Shown here piece by piece: positions 9,739-16,167 of a stretch of DNA of 26,077 bases. The notes under the pieces are model-generated. The model saw only the letters and a list, made by a program, of their open reading frames with translations, had not been told where the DNA came from and ran no database searches. A program made the position numbers and the translations under genes. Position 1 is the stretch's first letter. Every line of letters starts with the position of its first letter. This DNA comes from Planctomycetes bacterium RBG_13_46_10 (lineage in GTDB: Bacteria; Planctomycetota; Phycisphaerae; Sedimentisphaerales; Anaerobacaceae), in assembly GCA_001824645.1 (NCBI GenBank), contig MHYD01000065.1, positions 8,645 to 34,721 of the forward strand, read 5' to 3'.

Positions 9739-9855
9739 TCACAGGCTGTAGAGTTCGTGGATTTGTTCTTCCGTCAGCGCCCGGCTGTAGATGCGAAAAT
9801 CGTTCATCGAGCCCGGGGCAAAATAGCCGGATGAATGACCTATCAAATGCCTCGT
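9739..9855 (-). pseudogene. Relic C-terminus of a LamG-like jellyroll (Laminin_G_3) domain
   Basis: A frame absent from the track reads *TRHLIGHSSGYFAPGSMNDFRIYSRALTEEQIHELYSL*. This matches the IG...F.G..D..RIY.RAL...I..LY C-terminal pattern of LamG-like domains; there is no credible start for this frame. Confidence 0.7.
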
Positions 9856-9927
9856 TCATAACTGGGAATAACTCACCTCCTTGACCCGTGACAGAGGTGT
9901 AGCCGCGCGTTTCCTGTACTTGGCCAA

Positions 9928-11985
9928 TCAGCCCCATGTATGTGTTCCATTATCAAAATGAAACATAATCTGCTTCTGGCGCCGGACGATTTGTTTCCCA
10001 AAAAAGGGCCGGAGAATGTTTTTCGGATACTGATTTAGCCAGAGATACCAACCATGTGAACCCCAGCCTTTTGAAAAAAACACGGTATAATCGTACGGTA
10101 CTAGTGCCTTGAAATAATCCTCATCGTATGAGTTAATATGCTCCGTGCCCAGCGTTAAGGTTTCCCTATAGGGGGTTATGATAAACAGGTCATGGCACTT
10201 GGTCAGCAAATGGGCTGCTACTCTAATGTCGTCTGATAGATGCTCGAAGATATTGGATGCAATAATAACATCCACCTCCGGGACATCCGCATAGTCACCT
10301 TGGATAAACTGCGCAAAACTGCCGTATCTCTCTGTACACTTCGTAATTGCTACTTCGGATATGTCCATCCCAATCAGCGAAGCATGTGGATATGCAGCTC
10401 GATACACAGGTATGGCGTCACCGAGGCCGCATCCGAAATCCAGGATCGTGCCTGAGAAGTCAGACGCAATCTTTAAGTACTTTATTTGCATTTCTGCGAA
10501 TTGCTTGGTCTGAGCCCGCCCAAGTTTTTCCTCCCAATCTCCCGTTACGAATCTGTTCTCCCAATAATCTTTTGTATTAATGTTCATAATTCCCCTATGT
10601 TTATCAACAGTGCACACGCCGGTGTGTGAAGCTGCCTTAGCCGCAGTCAGAAGATAGTAGGCAAAGCCAAACACCCAGATTGTGTGGAAAACATAACCCA
10701 CCGCCCTAGCGATAGCCAAACCCAGAGAGCCGTTATCAACAAGGAGCAGCGTGCCCAAGATGAATGTGAAAGCCCAGCCGAGATTCATAGCGAATCCGAC
10801 CCACATCTTTCCAGATGCCGCAATAATCTGCCCAACGGGGGTTTGGATGGCGAGCAGTCCGGTCGTCAAGAGAACAACAACCAGAGTCGGCCAGCCGCTC
10901 TTAAAACCCTCGCCGTAGAGATTCATTATGTAAGGACTGGCGATGCTCGCCAATAGAGCAAGTGGTAACACTAATAGCCCGTTCACCTTAATCGCGAGAA
11001 CCATTGTCTTCATCGTCTGGTTTGTCTCTTTTTGGCCAAGGCGTTCCGAGAGAACTGGTAAAACAACCTGCCCCAGTAAACCCGGAAGAAACATGAGCAT
11101 TACATACCATTGATTGGCTGCATTGTATATCCCCATCTCACCATAGCCATCGGGCTGATTTACCAATAATGCGCTGCATATCCAATCAATGGGGCCAACC
11201 ATTGAACCAGCTAACACTGCCGGCAAACTGAATCTCCATAGAACGGGGAGTTCCCGGCTGCAATCCCCAAAGGCGAAAAGGACGTTGTATCGCCTTGCCT
11301 CTTTACGCAGGGCTAAATGGTTGAGCAGCCAGTTGACGCCGAGGTTAATTGCTAATGCCCAAACCGCTCCGGTAAGGCCGCCGAAATATGCCCCGCCTAC
11401 CAGAATGGGAAAAGAGATCAGGCCGACAAAAAGATTTACATGAGCGATGGTTTTGAAGGCCTCAAACCCCGACAATGCGCCGGTCTGCGCCCCGTTGAGG
11501 GCGTTGATGAACAGTATCAAGGCGCCGATTCGCAATACGCCGGTTAGATGCGGGGCGTTGATCGTGTGCACGGCCAGCAAAGGGGCGAAGATAAACAGCC
11601 CCAGAGCCATCAGGCCACCGGTTAACATGGCGACCAGCCAGGATAGGCTGATAATCCGTCCGGCTCGTGCTGGGTCACTGCTGCGGAATTCCGCAACATG
11701 CTTGGTGGCGGTTAAGCCGAGGCCAAACCCGGCAAACACACCGAACATGCCAACTGTGGACTGTATAATTCCCAATTCACCAAAACCTGTCTTGCCCAGC
11801 ATACGGGCAACGAGAACAGAAGCAGCAAACATCAAGCCGCGTGAGATTACGGCCCCGGCCATCGACCAGAACACTCCTTTTGCCAACCTGTATCCTATCT
11901 CAGAAGCTTCCACACGATTTAAGGCAGGATGCAGGAAATCCGGACAGCAGGTATATATCGCCTTCTTGACGCCGATATTTAGCAT
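9928..11985 (-). CDS. wzx: Wzx flippase (aa 1 to about 445) fused in frame to a class I SAM methyltransferase (aa 467-685)
   Basis: Multi-TM N-part with ARMLG..GFGELGIIQST and GEMGIYNAANQW. C-part has ILDFGCGLG, GMDISEVAI and SNIFEHL. An internal ATG at 10587 is preceded by AGGGGA. Confidence 0.85.
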   Translation of the reverse strand: MLNIGVKKAIYTCCPDFLHPALNRVEASEIGYRLAKGVFWSMAGAVISRGLMFAASVLVARMLGKTGFGELGIIQSTVGMFGVFAGFGLGLTATKHVAEFRSSDPARAGRIISLSWLVAMLTGGLMALGLFIFAPLLAVHTINAPHLTGVLRIGALILFINALNGAQTGALSGFEAFKTIAHVNLFVGLISFPILVGGAYFGGLTGAVWALAINLGVNWLLNHLALRKEARRYNVLFAFGDCSRELPVLWRFSLPAVLAGSMVGPIDWICSALLVNQPDGYGEMGIYNAANQWYVMLMFLPGLLGQVVLPVLSERLGQKETNQTMKTMVLAIKVNGLLVLPLALLASIASPYIMNLYGEGFKSGWPTLVVVLLTTGLLAIQTPVGQIIAASGKMWVGFAMNLGWAFTFILGTLLLVDNGSLGLAIARAVGYVFHTIWVFGFAYYLLTAAKAASHTGVCTVDKHRGIMNINTKDYWENRFVTGDWEEKLGRAQTKQFAEMQIKYLKIASDFSGTILDFGCGLGDAIPVYRAAYPHASLIGMDISEVAITKCTERYGSFAQFIQGDYADVPEVDVIIASNIFEHLSDDIRVAAHLLTKCHDLFIITPYRETLTLGTEHINSYDEDYFKALVPYDYTVFFSKGWGSHGWYLWLNQYPKNILRPFFGKQIVRRQKQIMFHFDNGTHTWG

Positions 11986-13109
11986 ATATTATTGTCCGCA
12001 ATAGCCCGGACTATCCTTTCGCAGGCCTTGCCATCGCCGTAAGGATTCACCGCATTGGCCATAGCAATATAAGACTTCTCATCGGTGAGTAATGTCGAAA
12101 CTTCATCAACGATCATTCTTCTGTCAGTCCCAACAAGCTTGACTGTTCCAGCCCCAACCGCCTCCGGTCGCTCTGTGGTATCTCGCATCACCAACACGGG
12201 CTTGCCGAGGCCGGGCGCTTCTTCCTGTACGCCGCCCGAATCCGTTAAGACGATTCGGCTCCGATCCATAAGGGCTACAAACGACATATATGCCAATGGT
12301 TCAATTAGATAGATATTGCTGCGGCCTGATAAAATATCGAATACCGGTTTTCTCACGTTCGGATTTAAATGCACAGGATAAACGAAAGCTGCATTAGAGA
12401 ACCGCCTTGAAAGCTCCGATATAGCTCCACAGATACTCTCAAAACCGGCACCGAAGTTTTCGCGCCGATGGCCGGTGATAAGAACCACAGGCTTATGACT
12501 ATCTCCATTAAGTAGTTCCACCGGCAAGCTCGGTATAGCGGGTGGATTCTTCCGCACCTTTTCAATTGCGATATGCAGCGCATCGATGACGGTGTTTCCG
12601 GTTATGAAAATTCTGTCTTCGGGTATGCCCTCCCTCAAAAGGTTCTCCTTGGCCCGTTGGGTAGGGGCAAATTGCAGGTCCGCAAGATGGCTTGTCATCA
12701 GCCGGTTGATTTCTTCGGGGAATGGAGAGAACTTATTCCACGTCCTCAAGCCCGCCTCCACGTGACCGATAGGAATCCTGTTATAGAAAGCCGCCAGCGC
12801 CGCACAAAATGTTGTTGTAGTATCGCCCTGGACAATTACGATGTCGGGCCTGTGCCTTGCTACGTAGCTGTCTATTGCAATCACAGCCCGAGAAGTAAGC
12901 CCAGCTAATGTCTGGTCGGGCTCCATAAGATCCAGATCAACATCAGGGACAACCTCGAAAACATCCAGAACCTGATCGAGCATCTGACGGTGCTGTCCGG
13001 TGACGCAGACATGCGGCTGAAACTCCGAATGCCTCTTAAATTCCAGGAACAAAGGACACAGCTTGATAGCCTCCGGCCGAGTACCAAAAATTAGAGAGAC
13101 TTTTTTCAT
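11979..13109 (-). CDS. wecB: UDP-N-acetylglucosamine 2-epimerase (non-hydrolysing)
   Basis: Motifs FGTRPEAIK, TGQHRQML, VQGDTTT, HVEAGLRT, PFPEEINR, TGNTVIDAL, HRRENFG, TDSGGVQEEAP, RDTTERPE and NPYGDG. Confidence 0.97.
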   Translation of the reverse strand: MKKVSLIFGTRPEAIKLCPLFLEFKRHSEFQPHVCVTGQHRQMLDQVLDVFEVVPDVDLDLMEPDQTLAGLTSRAVIAIDSYVARHRPDIVIVQGDTTTTFCAALAAFYNRIPIGHVEAGLRTWNKFSPFPEEINRLMTSHLADLQFAPTQRAKENLLREGIPEDRIFITGNTVIDALHIAIEKVRKNPPAIPSLPVELLNGDSHKPVVLITGHRRENFGAGFESICGAISELSRRFSNAAFVYPVHLNPNVRKPVFDILSGRSNIYLIEPLAYMSFVALMDRSRIVLTDSGGVQEEAPGLGKPVLVMRDTTERPEAVGAGTVKLVGTDRRMIVDEVSTLLTDEKSYIAMANAVNPYGDGKACERIVRAIADNNIC

Positions 13110-13116
13110 TGTAGTA

Positions 13117-13151
13117 GCAGCGGTTAGTTTTTAGCGAATAGCTTATAGCGA
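13117..13151 (+). repeat. Heptamer array A1 (gcagcgg ttagttt ttagcga atagctt atagcga)
   Basis: AG core recurs with exact 7-nt period; the array lies 7 nt upstream of the wecB ATG. Confidence 0.85.
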
Positions 13152-13256
13152 AGTCGAGTAGCCAAGATGACGAGTAGGCGAGAATACGAGCATGCGAGAA
13201 AACGGGTAAAAAGAAGAAGACAAGTATACGAGAAGACGAGAAGTCGAGAAGGCGGC
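13152..13256 (+). repeat. Degenerate octamer array with CGAG core
   Basis: CGAG or variants at 13155, 13163, 13171, 13179, 13187, 13195 and 13203, then after a 2-nt phase shift at 13221, 13229, 13237, 13245 and 13253. Confidence 0.85.
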
Positions 13257-13294
13257 TTTTAGCTAATGGCTATGAGCTATGCGCTAATCACTAC
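13253..13294 (-). repeat. Heptamer array A2 (minus strand gtagtga ttagcgc atagctc atagcca ttagcta aaagccg)
   Basis: 7-nt period; inverted relative to A1 (18/21 match); overlaps the antitoxin stop codon. Confidence 0.85.
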
Positions 13295-13496
13295 TTAGTA
13301 GGTAGCCATTCCGCTTTAACTCTTCCATGACATCTGCATGAGGTATAACCGGCTCTTCCCGCCTCTCAGCAACAACTGCCAAATCTTGCAGATCCTCGAT
13401 AAGCTCTTCATACTCCTCAATAGGCAATATGACAGCTTTTTTATTGCCGTTGACGTCTATTACATATTTGGGATTCAATTTCGGTGCGGAACGCAT
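13284..13496 (-). CDS. Small antitoxin-like protein (RelE-partner type), without an adjacent toxin
   Basis: 70 aa; YVID..G.KKAVILPIEEYEELIEDLQDL...ERREEP.I...V..EL is the pattern of small type II antitoxins usually found upstream of RelE/ParE toxins. Confidence 0.7.
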   Translation of the reverse strand: MRSAPKLNPKYVIDVNGNKKAVILPIEEYEELIEDLQDLAVVAERREEPVIPHADVMEELKRNGYLLSSD

Positions 13497-13600
13497 AACA
13501 TCAACCTTAAGTTTTTCAGTTCTTAGTTTTGGCCAATCGATCCGGTATAACTTTTTTACCTATCGGCAAATATGCCCTGATTCCACTCGTACAAGGCTTG

Positions 13601-13629
13601 ATTATAACGCAATTCTTCAAAACCTGCAA
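13601..13629 (-). promoter_or_regulatory. Sigma70-type promoter TTGCAG-N17-TATAAT
   Basis: -35 at 13629-13624, perfect -10 TATAAT at 13606-13601, 17-nt spacer; about 100 nt upstream of the antitoxin ORF. Confidence 0.6.
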
Positions 13630-13695
13630 TTAAATTCCAGCCGACCAATATTCGCCGATTGTTTTCGCTGATTGAGCCTCCAAACTACACACCGT

Positions 13696-13709
13696 ACGCT
13701 AACCGCTGC
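13696..13709 (-). repeat. Two-unit heptamer remnant A6 (gcagcgg ttagcgt)
   Basis: Overlaps the WecA-like stop codon; 13699-13710 is the perfect reverse complement of 13116-13127. Confidence 0.6.
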
Positions 13710-15150
13710 TTATTACTTTGTGCTCATCGATCAGTCTGCCAAACAGCGTTGCTCGGTGGCCGGCGGATTCGTATGAGCCGTTGACCGTGACGGCTATTTC
13801 AAACTCTATTGGCCCGGCCTTATCGTGATTGCGGAGCGGGATAGTCATAGTAACGACAACAGAGAGGTCCGGCTGAGCTTTGGTTGTTCGCCAGACTTCG
13901 GTGCAAACCGTTCCATCTTTGCCTTTGGTCTTTAGAGAGACCCAGGCGAAGTCCATTTGCTGGGCGGCTCTGCAGACCGCGGACCACCACTGGTCATAAG
14001 TGCGAGCGTTACGAAAATGCAGCTGGACATCCTCGAAGCCTCGTGTCTCCTCGTGTTCCTGGTTGCTTATTGCATATTTTCGCTGGAGGCCCTCAATTGT
14101 TTCTTTTAACCGGACCGAGCCGACGAGCTGGAATGCAAGCAGCAGCAACAATAAAATGCAGAAGAAAACAACAAGCGAGCCAATATTACGAGTGACCATC
14201 ATAAACATCCCCAGGCCGGCGGCTATTAGGGTCACTATATATATCGTCACAACGACGAGGCGTTGATTGAGGCCTAAATCGATGAGTTTGTGGTGGAAAT
14301 GCCTGCGGTCGGCGGCGAATACGGACCGGCGCTCGATGAAACGCCGGAGCATTGAAAAGAGTGTATCGAAAATCGGCACCCCCAGTGCCAGCAGCGGCAG
14401 GGCCAGGCCGACCATAACGGGCGATTTACTCGAGCACAGCACGCTGGAAGAGGCAATTGTGAAACCCAGGAATATACTGCCGCAATCACCCATAAAAATC
14501 TTTGCCGGACTGAAGTTGTAAAACAAAAAACCGCTCAAGCTGCCAAGAAGAGCAAGCATCAATACAGCCATAACAACCTGGCCGTTATGAATGGCAAGTA
14601 TGGCAATCACTCCACAGGCGATAGCGGAAATCCCGGCGGCGAGACCGTCGAGACCATCGCTGAGGTTCACGGCGTTGGTGATACCCACAATCCAGAATAT
14701 CGTCAATGGCCAGGAGAACCAGCCGAAGTTTAGCGTAAGCTGCTCGGTGATAGCGACCGATTCTATCCTGACACCAGCGGTACAGACAGCGATAGCAGCA
14801 GCTATCTCGGCGAGAAACTTTATTCTCGCCCGCAGGCCCTTGGTCTTAATGTCGTCGATCAACCCGATAAAAAATATGAAACCGGCAGCTGAAAGCAGAA
14901 CGGTAAGTTCAGGCAGGATATTGCGGAAGGTATCGCCGATAATGTTCGACAAGAACAGCACGGAAATGCTCAGAGGCATCATCGAAAGAAATATCGCCAC
15001 GCCTCCGATATGCGATATAGGTTTCGTGTGAATGTGCCGCGGACCCGGAACGGCGACGATTTTCAGCCGGCGGGCAAGCCAGATAACAACCGGCGTTATC
15101 ACCAGCGCAAGAAAAGCAGAGCCAAGATATACACACAAATAGGTTTTCAT
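13699..15150 (-). CDS. wecA: MraY/WecA-family polyprenyl-phosphate HexNAc-1-phosphate transferase with C-terminal extension
   Basis: Motifs H..PISHIGG, GLIDD, NAVNLSDGLDGLA, NF.PAKIFMGDCGS, PIFDT and DRRHFHH. Confidence 0.9.
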   Translation of the reverse strand: MKTYLCVYLGSAFLALVITPVVIWLARRLKIVAVPGPRHIHTKPISHIGGVAIFLSMMPLSISVLFLSNIIGDTFRNILPELTVLLSAAGFIFFIGLIDDIKTKGLRARIKFLAEIAAAIAVCTAGVRIESVAITEQLTLNFGWFSWPLTIFWIVGITNAVNLSDGLDGLAAGISAIACGVIAILAIHNGQVVMAVLMLALLGSLSGFLFYNFSPAKIFMGDCGSIFLGFTIASSSVLCSSKSPVMVGLALPLLALGVPIFDTLFSMLRRFIERRSVFAADRRHFHHKLIDLGLNQRLVVVTIYIVTLIAAGLGMFMMVTRNIGSLVVFFCILLLLLLAFQLVGSVRLKETIEGLQRKYAISNQEHEETRGFEDVQLHFRNARTYDQWWSAVCRAAQQMDFAWVSLKTKGKDGTVCTEVWRTTKAQPDLSVVVTMTIPLRNHDKAGPIEFEIAVTVNGSYESAGHRATLFGRLIDEHKVISSG

Positions 15151-15152
15151 GA

Positions 15153-15194
15153 TTAGCTATTAGCGGTTAGCGATTAGCGGATAGCGTTGAGCTA
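15153..15194 (+). repeat. Heptamer array A3 (ttagcta ttagcgg ttagcga ttagcgg atagcgt tgagcta)
   Basis: Six phased units fill 42 of the 47 nt between the NusG-paralog stop and the wecA-like start. Confidence 0.92.
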
Positions 15195-15197
15195 AGA

Positions 15198-15746
15198 CTA
15201 TATCGGCTCCAGCAGGTCGGAGTCGATTTCCACTACAGCGCCCTGGCCGAGGATGGTGACTTCAAGGACCATGCGGGCTTTTGCATCTTTTCTTTTGATT
15301 ACCACACCTTCGATTCCCATCATGGGGCCTGAGATGATTCTGCAGCGGCGGCCTATAGGAAGACGGGGATAATTGTCAATTACGGCCTTGCTCAAAAGAG
15401 CCTTCTCTATTCGCAAAAGCTCTTCGATCAGGCTTTCCTGGTCAGCAACTTCTATCGTTCGGGAGACGCGATTCGTTGTCAGGGCGGTATAGCGGTCCTG
15501 CTCTGTGCCGCAGAAAAACACGTATGATTTGAAAAGAGGTGACATAATGTGCCGTTTGCGGCCGCCGGAGAAAATGACCTTTTCACGCATAGGAAGAAAG
15601 TAGCCTATACCGTGGCTTAACATGTCCCATGCAAAGGCCTTTTCGAATCTCGACTTTGTATAAGCCGCCCACCACGTACCGGTAAAATCGGCAAGGGATT
15701 GGACGTCCGGTGTTAAAATAGCCGGATTTTCAGATAACTTAAGCAT
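15198..15746 (-). CDS. NusG paralog (UpxY/RfaH/LoaP-like transcription antiterminator)
   Basis: NGN domain W..AYTKSRFEK...FLP...PLFKSYVF; KOW motif G.RCRIISGPMMGIEG. Confidence 0.92.
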   Translation of the reverse strand: MLKLSENPAILTPDVQSLADFTGTWWAAYTKSRFEKAFAWDMLSHGIGYFLPMREKVIFSGGRKRHIMSPLFKSYVFFCGTEQDRYTALTTNRVSRTIEVADQESLIEELLRIEKALLSKAVIDNYPRLPIGRRCRIISGPMMGIEGVVIKRKDAKARMVLEVTILGQGAVVEIDSDLLEPI

Positions 15747-15749
15747 TTT

Positions 15750-15784
15750 TTAGCCTTTAGCAATTAGCTCTTAGTGATTAGCGG
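15750..15784 (+). repeat. Heptamer array A4 (ttagcct ttagcaa ttagctc ttagtga ttagcgg)
   Basis: Five phased TTAG units; overlaps the last codons of the four-helix-bundle gene and ends 3 nt before the NusG-paralog ATG. Confidence 0.92.
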
Positions 15785-16136
15785 TCTTTCGAACGGTCTT
15801 AATGAAGGTTGTCAGCATTTTCCTGATTTCTACAAGCTCGACTGAGGATTCCTTGTAACTGCTGTCATCAAGGAGACCAATATTATTAGCAAGCAAAATC
15901 AGATAATCAAGTTCGCTTGCCGAACAGGAGGCTATCTCCATGAAACGAGCCAGTTCAGTGTCGGTATTTCTGCCACAACCTTCTGCTATATTTGTTGGAA
16001 CTGAAGCAGCCGCACGACGAATCTGGCTTATTAGGCCGTATGTTTCCTCTCGTGGAAAAGAGTCAGTGACTTTATAAATCTTTATTGCTAAGCAGTGTGC
16101 CTTATGCCAAACTTTTATATCACGAAAGTTTTTTAT
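15771..16136 (-). CDS. Four-helix-bundle protein (TIGR02436 / '23S rRNA IVS protein' / bAvd-like), non-canonical or damaged start
   Basis: Missing from the ORF track. Reads IKNFRDIKVWHKAHCLAIKIYKVTDSFPREETYGLISQIRRAAASVPTNIAEGCGR...ELARFMEIASCSASELDY...KTANH*. In-frame candidate starts are ATA (16136) or CTG (16163). Confidence 0.88.
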   Translation of the reverse strand: MKNFRDIKVWHKAHCLAIKIYKVTDSFPREETYGLISQIRRAAASVPTNIAEGCGRNTDTELARFMEIASCSASELDYLILLANNIGLLDDSSYKESSVELVEIRKMLTTFIKTVRKTANH

Positions 16137-16167
16137 TTCATATTGGTATTGATTAGGATTCAGTAAT

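Noticed and set aside
9683-9937. 84-aa ORF from the track
   Set aside because: No recognisable motif; the same DNA carries a clear LamG signature in another frame, so it is probably a shadow of the relic.
11447-12004. 185-aa plus-strand ORF and the other plus-strand ORFs in the track
   Set aside because: All lie antisense to well-supported minus-strand genes and show no family motifs.
13152-13256. Repeat region as a CRISPR array
   Set aside because: Units are 7-8 nt, tandem, without unique spacers, and there are no cas genes.
15771-16136. Diversity-generating retroelement, because the protein is Avd-like
   Set aside because: No reverse transcriptase and no TR/VR pair with adenine-specific differences in the window.
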